64,000 nt of DNA from an uncultured Bacillales bacterium (GTDB lineage Bacteria; Bacillota_I; Bacilli_A; RFN20; CAG-288), in assembly GCA_937896065.1 (NCBI GenBank), contig CALBLI010000049.1, forward strand, positions 449 through 64,448, read 5' to 3'. Positions 39,014 through 46,446 of the stretch are shown piece after piece. The notes beneath the pieces are model-generated. The model was not told the DNA's origin and did no database searches. It saw only the letters and a list, made by a program, of their open reading frames with translations. A program made the position numbers and the translations under genes. The stretch's first letter is position 1. Each line of letters starts with the position of its first letter.

Positions 39014-39984
39014 CAGCTGATTCCTTCTAATATTTTCATCTCTTTTTCAGTTAATTTTGATACAAAAGATTTGCCTTTTAAATAAGAAAGAACACCATCA
39101 ACATTTTCTAAAAATTTAAAATAAGTTGCATGTAAAAACTGACTATTCAATGAATACAAAGACGCAAATTCTTTGTTGACTTTAAAATCACCATATTTAT
39201 TATCCCCGACAATCGGATGAGAAATATAAGCAAAGTGAACGCGAAGTTGATGAGTTCTACCTGTAAGAAGTTTTGCTTCTACAAGTGAATAACCACTATC
39301 GTAATATTTTAATCTTTTATATTCAGTCAAAGCGTTTTTAGCAAACTTGGATTTCTTATCAACTTTAACAAGTTTAGTTTCACTATCTTTTAAAAGTGGT
39401 GCATCAATCACACCGCTTTTATTTATCATTCCTCTTACAAGTAGAGTATATTTTTTTTCAATCTTATCCTTTTCTCTAAATAATTCAAAAAGTTGTTGCA
39501 AAGCTGGTAGATTCTTTCCAAATAAAAGGACGCCAGCGGTATTTCTATCTAGCCTATGAGCCGGAGAAGGGATAAACCCTGTTTCATTATTTGGATCCCA
39601 TTCACCTTTTTTATTTAAATAACTCAGTACCATCTTTTGCATTGTGATTGAATTATGTCCTTCATCATCATGAACTAGAACACCCTTAGGCTTATCAACA
39701 ACAATGATATTCTCATCTTCATAAAGTATAGTAAAATTAGCTTTGATAGGTTTTAAAACTTGTTCTTTTTTAAATTGTTGAAGAAGATCATCTTTTAAAT
39801 ATATTTTAATTTCATCGTTCTCTTTTAATATGTAATCTATATTTGCTTTTTTACCATTTACTTTTATATCTTTTTGCCTAAACATTTTATATATAAAAGA
39901 TATAGGGGCATCTTTTAGCATCCTTTTAATATATTTATCGATTCTTTGGTTAGCTTCAAGCTTACTGATTGTAAATTCCATCAA
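39013..39984 (-). CDS. rluD: 23S rRNA pseudouridine synthase RluD
   Basis: N-terminal S4 domain (RIDKYI), catalytic HRLDRNTAGVLLFGK and GRTHQLRVH. Confidence 0.85.
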   Translation of the reverse strand: MMEFTISKLEANQRIDKYIKRMLKDAPISFIYKMFRQKDIKVNGKKANIDYILKENDEIKIYLKDDLLQQFKKEQVLKPIKANFTILYEDENIIVVDKPKGVLVHDDEGHNSITMQKMVLSYLNKKGEWDPNNETGFIPSPAHRLDRNTAGVLLFGKNLPALQQLFELFREKDKIEKKYTLLVRGMINKSGVIDAPLLKDSETKLVKVDKKSKFAKNALTEYKRLKYYDSGYSLVEAKLLTGRTHQLRVHFAYISHPIVGDNKYGDFKVNKEFASLYSLNSQFLHATYFKFLENVDGVLSYLKGKSFVSKLTEKEMKILEGIS

Positions 39985-40109
39985 AAAAATTATATCACTT
40001 AAGTGCCTTTAATTTAGTAAATTTGGTACTTTACTGAATTAAAATTAGCACATAATCTTTTTTTACCTTGACAATAATGGCTAAATCATTAAAATAATAA
40101 TGCTTAATT

Positions 40110-40200
40110 GGAGCGATACCCAAGAGGCTGAAGGGGTGGGCTTGGAAAGCTCATAGACAAGTAACATTGTGCCAGGGTTCAAATCCCTGTCGCTCCGCCA
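40110..40200 (+). tRNA. tRNA-Ser (anticodon GGA)
   Basis: Acceptor GGAGCGA/TCGCTCC, anticodon stem TGGGC/GCTCA with loop TTGGAAA, a long variable arm, and T-arm CAGGG-TTCAAAT-CCCTG. G73 and an encoded CCA follow; 91 nt in total. Confidence 0.85.
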
Positions 40201-40213
40201 TTATAGTAAAATA

Positions 40214-40244
40214 GGTCTGATATAAGTGTTATCAGGCTTTTTTA
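40214..40244 (+). terminator. Rho-independent terminator after tRNA-Ser
   Basis: ggtctgata (40214-40222) pairs with tatcaggct (40230-40238), including G-U pairs, and is followed by T7. Confidence 0.7.
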
Positions 40245-40545
40245 TTGCAAAAATAACGTAATTTACGTTTAAAATACGATATTTTGCTTTGAAAATTGAA
40301 TTTTATTAGTTTCACAAGCTGTTAGTAGGCTTCATTTAGAGGCTCTATTGACAGCTTTTTATCTCGCTTTTACACGATTTAACCTCAAGGGTGCTAATAA
40401 ATTACACGATTAAAAGTATGGTGCTAACCTTGCTACCATGCTATTAACGCTTACATAGTGGTTTGATAAAAATTGTGTCAGACCTTTTTTCTTTGCAAAT
40501 AGAAGCCTTTGTACCTTTTTTCTAACAAGCTATAGAGTTTTGTAG

Positions 40546-40567
40546 AAATGCCAAAAGGCATTTTTAT
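40546..40567 (+). terminator. Terminator-like hairpin inside the ORF-free segment
   Basis: aaatgcc (40546-40552) pairs with ggcattt (40557-40563) across an aaaa loop, then tt-a-t. Confidence 0.4.
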
Positions 40568-40724
40568 ATGACTCTTTTTCTTTTTGCATATTGCTACTGA
40601 ACGAAAGTCTTATCGACATGGCAATAGTTATTACTACGAAACAATTGATAGTTTTATCTTTAAATAATAGTATTTGTACATGCTAAAATTTATAATATAC
40701 GTATATATAAACATGGAGGATATT

Positions 40725-41702
40725 ATGTGTACTGCTATCAGTTTTAAAAATAAAGATTTCTATTTTGGAAGAAATTTAGATTATGAATTCTCATATGGTG
40801 AAAATATTGTTTTTATGCCAAGAAAATTTAATTTAAAATATTCAACTTTAAAAAATTTCTCTGTTCATTATGCAATGATGGGTGTTGCTCACATTTTTGA
40901 TAACTATCCTTTATTTTATGATGGTTTTAATGAACATGGACTGGCAGTTGCAGGTTTAAATTTTGTAAACAACGCTTATTTCTTTAAAAATAAAGAAGAT
41001 AAATTAAATGTTGCTCAATATGAGCTTATACCGTTTATTTTAACCAATTATAAATCAATCGATGAATTAGAAAAGGATTTGCCAGATTTAAATATTACAG
41101 ATACTCCTTTTAATGATAAATTTAAACCGAGTCAACTACATTATTTAATATCTGATAAAAATAGATGCATTGTTTTAGAACAGATGAAAGATGGATTACA
41201 TATATATGAAAATGATACTGGTTGTTTAACTAATAATCCACCTTTTAATATCCAAAGATTTTTATTAAATATGTATCAAGGCGTAAGTAATGAAAATAAA
41301 GAAAGCTCTTTTTCTAAAAATTTAAAGTTAGAGCAATATTCACGAGGAATGGGTGGCATATCACTTCCAGGTGATTTATCTTCACCATCACGTTTTATAA
41401 AAGTTGTCTTTACTAAGGAAAATTCAATTGTGAATAGTGATGATGAAAATGAATCTGTTTCTCAATTTTTTCATATTTTAAATTCAGTTGAGCAGCAAAG
41501 AGGTTGCTGTAAACTTGATGATAATAAATATGAAATAACTATTTATTCTTCATGTTATAACGTTGATAAAAAGATTTGTTATTATAAAACATATGATAAT
41601 TTTCAAATTAATGCCATTAAAATGGAAATGGATAAATTAGATACCGATTCATTAATCACTTATGAAATGATTGATAAAATGAATATCAATCATCAAAATT
41701 AA
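40725..41702 (+). CDS. Choloylglycine hydrolase family Ntn-hydrolase (bile-salt-hydrolase-like linear amide hydrolase)
   Basis: MCTAISF places the nucleophile Cys at position 2, and the family motifs GRNLDYE and NNPPF are present. The GGAGGA RBS is 5 nt before ATG 40725, so I trim the track ORF, which starts at 40674. Confidence 0.8.
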   Translation: MCTAISFKNKDFYFGRNLDYEFSYGENIVFMPRKFNLKYSTLKNFSVHYAMMGVAHIFDNYPLFYDGFNEHGLAVAGLNFVNNAYFFKNKEDKLNVAQYELIPFILTNYKSIDELEKDLPDLNITDTPFNDKFKPSQLHYLISDKNRCIVLEQMKDGLHIYENDTGCLTNNPPFNIQRFLLNMYQGVSNENKESSFSKNLKLEQYSRGMGGISLPGDLSSPSRFIKVVFTKENSIVNSDDENESVSQFFHILNSVEQQRGCCKLDDNKYEITIYSSCYNVDKKICYYKTYDNFQINAIKMEMDKLDTDSLITYEMIDKMNINHQN

Positions 41703-41737
41703 TTGATATAATTTACTTATTTTAGAGGTCTATTTAT

Positions 41738-42754
41738 ATGAATGATAATAAGATTAAAAGATTTACTATCGATACAGTTAAAGGTGTTACTTTAGGTGTC
41801 TCTGTTGCTATACCTGGTTTATCAGCTGGTACTATTGCTGTTTCTGAAAGATGTTATGATACCATCATTGATTCGATGAGTGGTTTTAGAAAGAAACCTA
41901 AGGAAAACTTTTTTATTCTTCTACCTTATTTAATTGGCCTTTTAATTGGTGCTATCTGTGCTTTTATTGGTATCAAAAAAGGATATGAGGTTGCACCTTT
42001 TACATTGACTGGTCTATTTGGAGGTTTAGTTATAGGATCTCTTCCTATTGCAATAAAAGAACTACGTAAAGCTGATAATACTAAGGAAAAAATCACTTTC
42101 AGTTTGTCGTTTATTATATCTTTGATAGTCTCTGCTGGAATCGGTATTATAACTGCTCTTTGTAAAATATCGTTAGAAGCTAACATGGATTTTCACATTT
42201 ACTGGATGTATCCTATCATCTTAATTGCTGGTTTTTTAGCTGCTTTTGCTTGTGTCGTTCCTGGAATATCAGGTTCAATGACTTTGATGATATTTGGATT
42301 ATATCAACCAATTCTTTCACTATTCATCGGTGATAAATCTATTTTTAAAAATCATGATAATAATAGATTGATAACTGCCATTTTATTTATGCTAGTTTTA
42401 ATTATTGGTGCAATCTTTGGTTTGATCGTTTCATCAAAACTGATGAAAAAATTATTAAAAGATTATCGTGTCTCTACTTTCTATGCCATCTTAGGTTTGA
42501 TTATTGGCTCAACTATTTCAATGTTTATCAATGCTGATATTTATCCTAAGTATTTAGATAATTCAATTAAAAATTGGGATTACATTGTTGGTGGAGTATT
42601 ACTTGTTGTTGGTATTTCTTTGTCATTGGGTCTAGTTTATCTAGATAAGATTTTAAATAAAAAGAAGGAAGATGATGATCGCTTAGAAACTGCAAGCACT
42701 ACTATAGTTGACAATGCAAATGATGATAATAGTGATAATACAAACAACATTTAG
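41738..42754 (+). CDS. DUF368-family polytopic membrane protein (polyprenyl-phosphate translocase family)
   Basis: GVSVAIPGLSAGTIAV in the N-terminal half repeats as CVVPGISGSMTLMIFGLY in the C-terminal half, a two-repeat topology typical of DUF368. An acidic/Asn-rich tail follows. Confidence 0.7.
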   Translation: MNDNKIKRFTIDTVKGVTLGVSVAIPGLSAGTIAVSERCYDTIIDSMSGFRKKPKENFFILLPYLIGLLIGAICAFIGIKKGYEVAPFTLTGLFGGLVIGSLPIAIKELRKADNTKEKITFSLSFIISLIVSAGIGIITALCKISLEANMDFHIYWMYPIILIAGFLAAFACVVPGISGSMTLMIFGLYQPILSLFIGDKSIFKNHDNNRLITAILFMLVLIIGAIFGLIVSSKLMKKLLKDYRVSTFYAILGLIIGSTISMFINADIYPKYLDNSIKNWDYIVGGVLLVVGISLSLGLVYLDKILNKKKEDDDRLETASTTIVDNANDDNSDNTNNI

Positions 42755-42995
42755 ATAAATTATAGTTCAAAAAGCATACTATTTTTATCCTAATATATTT
42801 AAAAATAATATCATTTTTAGTATAATAACTATGCATCTTTTGATGCGTGAAATAAAGATAAAATTTGTTTATATATTATTTAAAAATAAAATATTCATCA
42901 ATTTAAATAGTAATTTATATAATCTTTTTTTCAAAATAATTTTTTAAGATAAGGTTTTAGTAATTACCTAAAAATTACTAGAAAGGTGTTTTAAT

Positions 42996-44636
42996 ATGAA
43001 AACAAATCTTATACTGATGAGCACTGGTGCTACTGCTGGTCTTTCAATTGCAATTACTTTTATAGTTACTGCTCTTATTGCTGGTGTTGCTTTTTATTTT
43101 TACCATAGAAAGCAAACAAACAATCAATTTAAAGTTGATAAAGAAGCAAATAAAATCATAACTGATGCTAATAATAAAGCCAGTGAAATTATAAGTAATG
43201 CTGAAAAAGAAGCTAAAAGCAAAGGTGAAGAAATTAAAGCCAACTTCTTGCATGAATTTGATGAAAAGAAAGCTTATTTAAATGAGGCTGAACAAAAAAT
43301 TGTTGCTAAACAAGATATCCTAGATAAAAAAGAACTTGTTTTAGATAAGAAGGAAGAATCACTTATCACTAAAGAAAACATCTTAGAAGAAAGAAAAATT
43401 GATTTGGATAATCAATTTAAAACAGTGAGTGATAAACAACAGCTTCTTGATGATAAGAAAGTTGAGCTTCAAAATAGAATTGATGAAGTCTTATCTCAAC
43501 TTGAAAAAGTTTCTCATATGTCTATTGATGAAGCTAAAGACGAACTCATGAAAAGAGTTGAAGAAAAAGAAGTTAAAAAAATTGCTCTTTATAAGGAACA
43601 GATGGAAGAACAAGCCCAAAATGAAGCTGAAGATAGAGCTAAAACATTGCTTGCTCTTTCGCTTGAAAAATACGCACAAGAAGTCACAACTGAACATTCT
43701 ACTTCAACTGTCGGTTTACCAAACGATGAAATGAAAGGTAGAATCATCGGGCGTGAAGGAAGAAACATCAAATCAATGGAACAATTGTTTGGAGTCTCTT
43801 TAATCATTGATGATACTCCAGAAACAATAACCGTTTCTTGCTTCGACCCTATAAGAAGAGAAAAAGCCAAGTTAACATTAGAAGCTTTGATTAAAGATGG
43901 AAGAATTCAACCAGGTAGAATTGAAGAACTCTATCAAAAAATTTCAACTGAATTTGATGAATCACTTAAAAGAATTGGTGAGCAAACAATCTTCAAACTT
44001 GGTTTACCTCGTATTTCTCCTAATTTGCTTATTTATATTGGTAGACTCAAATATAGAACCAGTTATGGTCAGAATGTTTTAGATCATTCTATTCAAGTTG
44101 CATATTTATCATCTGTTATGGCAAGTGAATTAGGATTAGATCCAATTCTTGCAAAAAGAGCAGGTTTACTCCATGATATTGGTAAATCAATCGATTGTGA
44201 AATGGAAGGAAGCCATGTTCAATTAGGTAGAGATTTAGCTAAAAAATATGGTGAGAGCGATGAAGTTATCAACGCTATTGAATCACACCATGGCGATGTA
44301 GAAAAGAAATATTTGATTTCTGAAATTGTTACTGCTGCTGATACTTTATCAGCTGCTAGACCAGGTGCAAGAAGTGAAACCTTAGAGACATATATCAAGA
44401 GACTTGAAGCTATTGAAGACATATGTAAAAGTTATGATGGTGTTCAATCATCATATGCCTTACAATCAGGTAGAGATGTCCGTGTAATGGTTGTACCTGA
44501 AAAAATATCCGACGAAGATGCTAAGGTCATTGCAAGTCAAATAAAAGATCGCATTGAAAACGAGGTCAATATTCCTGGCCAAATCAAAATCACCGTTATC
44601 AGAGAAATGAGGGCTGTTGAAATTGCCAAAAAATAA
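42996..44636 (+). CDS. rny: Ribonuclease Y
   Basis: N-terminal TM helix, coiled-coil, KH domain (GRIIGREGRNIKS) and HD domain (LLHDIGK). Confidence 0.9.
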   Translation: MKTNLILMSTGATAGLSIAITFIVTALIAGVAFYFYHRKQTNNQFKVDKEANKIITDANNKASEIISNAEKEAKSKGEEIKANFLHEFDEKKAYLNEAEQKIVAKQDILDKKELVLDKKEESLITKENILEERKIDLDNQFKTVSDKQQLLDDKKVELQNRIDEVLSQLEKVSHMSIDEAKDELMKRVEEKEVKKIALYKEQMEEQAQNEAEDRAKTLLALSLEKYAQEVTTEHSTSTVGLPNDEMKGRIIGREGRNIKSMEQLFGVSLIIDDTPETITVSCFDPIRREKAKLTLEALIKDGRIQPGRIEELYQKISTEFDESLKRIGEQTIFKLGLPRISPNLLIYIGRLKYRTSYGQNVLDHSIQVAYLSSVMASELGLDPILAKRAGLLHDIGKSIDCEMEGSHVQLGRDLAKKYGESDEVINAIESHHGDVEKKYLISEIVTAADTLSAARPGARSETLETYIKRLEAIEDICKSYDGVQSSYALQSGRDVRVMVVPEKISDEDAKVIASQIKDRIENEVNIPGQIKITVIREMRAVEIAKK

Positions 44637-45444
44637 TGTTCGTGTCCTCTTTCTAGGCGATATTGTTGGACCTATTGGAAGAAGAGTAGTCAAATATTAT
44701 CTTAATTACTATAAAGAAAAAGAAAATATTGATTTTGTAATTGCTAATGGTGAAAACGCAACACATGGTCGTGGAATTTCATTTAACCATTATAATGAAT
44801 TGATTAATTCAGGAGTTGATTGTTTGACATCTGGTAATCACTTCTTTGAAAATCGTGATTATTTAAAGGATGAATATAATTTTTCATCTATGATTAGACC
44901 TATCAATTTTGATGAAGATTGCCCTTTAAAAGGAAGTGAAATCTTCACTTTAAAAGATAATACTAAAATAAGAGTTTCAAATGCTATAGGAAGAGTTTTT
45001 CTAAATCAAGCTCAATATAATCCTTTCTACATGTTATATAATCTAACTAATGAAGAAGATGTGATTCATATTGTTGATTTTCATGCTGAGGCTACTGCCG
45101 AAAAAAGAGTTCTATCTGAATATCTAGATGGCAAAGTTAGTGCTGTTATTGGAACCCATACTCATGTTCAAACAAATGATGCTAAATTATTAAAAGAAGG
45201 TACCTTCTTCTTAACTGACGCTGGCATGAATGGTGAATACGATTCAGTTTTAGGCACTATAAAAGATAATTCAATCTATAAAACAGTGACTTTAATGCCA
45301 GCTAAATTTGAAACAAATGAAACTGGTGATGGTCTATTAAATGGTGTCATCTTAGACATTGATAAAGAAAGTAAAAAAGTTACCTCCTTTAAACTTTTAA
45401 ATGAAGTCATTTTAAAAGAAGAACTATACAAAAACAGTTTATGA
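44617..45444 (+). CDS. ymdB: YmdB-type 2',3'-cyclic-nucleotide phosphodiesterase (metallophosphoesterase)
   Basis: VLFLGDIVG, ANGENATHGRG, TSGNH, DFHAEAT and GTHTHVQTND. The TTG start overlaps the rny end. Confidence 0.85.
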   Translation: MKLPKNNVRVLFLGDIVGPIGRRVVKYYLNYYKEKENIDFVIANGENATHGRGISFNHYNELINSGVDCLTSGNHFFENRDYLKDEYNFSSMIRPINFDEDCPLKGSEIFTLKDNTKIRVSNAIGRVFLNQAQYNPFYMLYNLTNEEDVIHIVDFHAEATAEKRVLSEYLDGKVSAVIGTHTHVQTNDAKLLKEGTFFLTDAGMNGEYDSVLGTIKDNSIYKTVTLMPAKFETNETGDGLLNGVILDIDKESKKVTSFKLLNEVILKEELYKNSL

Positions 45445-45956
45445 ATGTAAAACTTGTTAAATTATCATATCAATTTAAAGAACATTTATTTGAAATGATG
45501 GATGAATGGTATACATATACAAATAGTGATTCACCATTTGCAATCTTTAAAAATGATTATCATGATTTTGATAAATATTTGAATGAACTAGAAATCAAAT
45601 TTGACACTGATGATAAAGTATCTGATTCGGTTTTCTTTCTTTTATATAAAGATGATAATAAATTTATTGGTGCTAGTAATATAAGACATAAATTAAATGA
45701 ATATCTTTTAAATTATGGTGGACATATAGGTGATGGAATAAGACCCACTTATCGAAATAAAGGATATGGAAATAAACTTGTTTATCTTTCTTTACAAGAG
45801 GCTAAGAAATTGAATATAAATAAAGTTCTTATGACTTGCAATAAAAATAATATTGCTTCAAGAAAGACGATTGTTAAAAATGGTGGAATATTTGAAAATG
45901 AAATAGTAGAACCATCATCAAATAAAATTATTCAGAGATTCTGGATTAATTTATAA
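45441..45956 (+). CDS. GNAT-family N-acetyltransferase
   Basis: Acetyl-CoA-binding motif RNKGYGNKL and a C-terminal NIASRKTIVKNGG. The start overlaps the ymdB stop. Confidence 0.7.
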   Translation: MNVKLVKLSYQFKEHLFEMMDEWYTYTNSDSPFAIFKNDYHDFDKYLNELEIKFDTDDKVSDSVFFLLYKDDNKFIGASNIRHKLNEYLLNYGGHIGDGIRPTYRNKGYGNKLVYLSLQEAKKLNINKVLMTCNKNNIASRKTIVKNGGIFENEIVEPSSNKIIQRFWINL

Positions 45957-46089
45957 AAAACTTTTTATTTTAACTATAAGTTTGATATATATTTTACTCT
46001 GTTATTTTTATACTACCCTCTAAAATATAGAATTAAACTCTTAATTATTATATAATTAAAGGTGTCGTTTTATAAACAGGGGTGAAATT

Positions 46090-46437
46090 ATGGAAACATT
46101 AAAAGTATGTAAAACAACTAACATTCATGCTCTAGCTGGTGCTATTGCTTCTAATTTAAGAATCAATGATGAAGTTCTTATATCTGTCATCGGAGCAAAT
46201 TGTCTTTATCAAGCTACTAAAGCAATTATTTTGGCTCGCAAATTTTTGCAAAGTGATGAAAATCCTAGTGATATTATACTTTTCCCTAAATATGCCAGTC
46301 AAAAAGTAGCAAGTGACAAATATGAAGATCAAAGAATGATTACTTCTATTTCACTGCATCTTAAAAAATGCGAATTTAAAGAAGAGAATAAATTAGAAAC
46401 AAGCAATGTATCTAATATAAAAAATGAGGAAAATTAA
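46090..46437 (+). CDS. spoVS: SpoVS-family protein with C-terminal extension
   Basis: METLKVCKTTNIHALAGAIASNL...VIGANCLYQATKAIILARKF parallels B. subtilis SpoVS (MEILKVSAKSNPNSVAGALAGVL...AIGAGALNQAVKAIAIARGF). It holds the same position after ymdB as in Bacillus. Confidence 0.7.
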   Translation: METLKVCKTTNIHALAGAIASNLRINDEVLISVIGANCLYQATKAIILARKFLQSDENPSDIILFPKYASQKVASDKYEDQRMITSISLHLKKCEFKEENKLETSNVSNIKNEEN

Positions 46438-46446
46438 TAGACATAA

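Noticed and set aside
40385-40440. Possible T-box element, because of agggtgctaa and atggtgctaacc.
   Set aside because: The conserved T-box sequence (GGGTGGTACCGCG-like) is not matched. There is no specifier or antiterminator architecture, and the downstream gene is not an aminoacyl-tRNA synthetase or amino-acid gene.
40598-40612. gaacgaaagtct resembles the RNase P RNA CR-I word GAGGAAAGTCC.
   Set aside because: Only 8 of 11 positions match. Just ~115 nt remain before the next CDS, too short for rnpB, and no matching P4 3' strand (ACAGAA-type) was seen.
40618-40686. 22-codon ORF (MAIVITTKQLIVLSLNNSICTC) just upstream of the hydrolase gene, considered as a possible leader peptide.
   Set aside because: It has a weak or absent RBS and no obvious attenuator structure overlapping it. 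Its size is compatible with chance in this composition.
40201-40724. Looked for a direct repeat of the tRNA-Ser 3' end (att-site duplication) and for integrase or phage genes that would indicate an integrated element.
   Set aside because: I found no copy of the tRNA 3' segment (...ccctgtcgctccgcca) downstream and no integrase or recombinase gene nearby. An intact island is therefore excluded; only a scar remains possible, as noted in the findings.
42958-42980. 8-bp hairpin tagtaatt/aattacta immediately upstream of the rny RBS.
   Set aside because: The stem is all A/T and of low stability, and it does not sequester the RBS. Nothing supports a regulatory role.
43044-44693. Several 61-93-aa ORFs on both strands within rny.
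   Set aside because: All are nested in or antisense to the strongly supported RNase Y gene, and none has an RBS or a motif.
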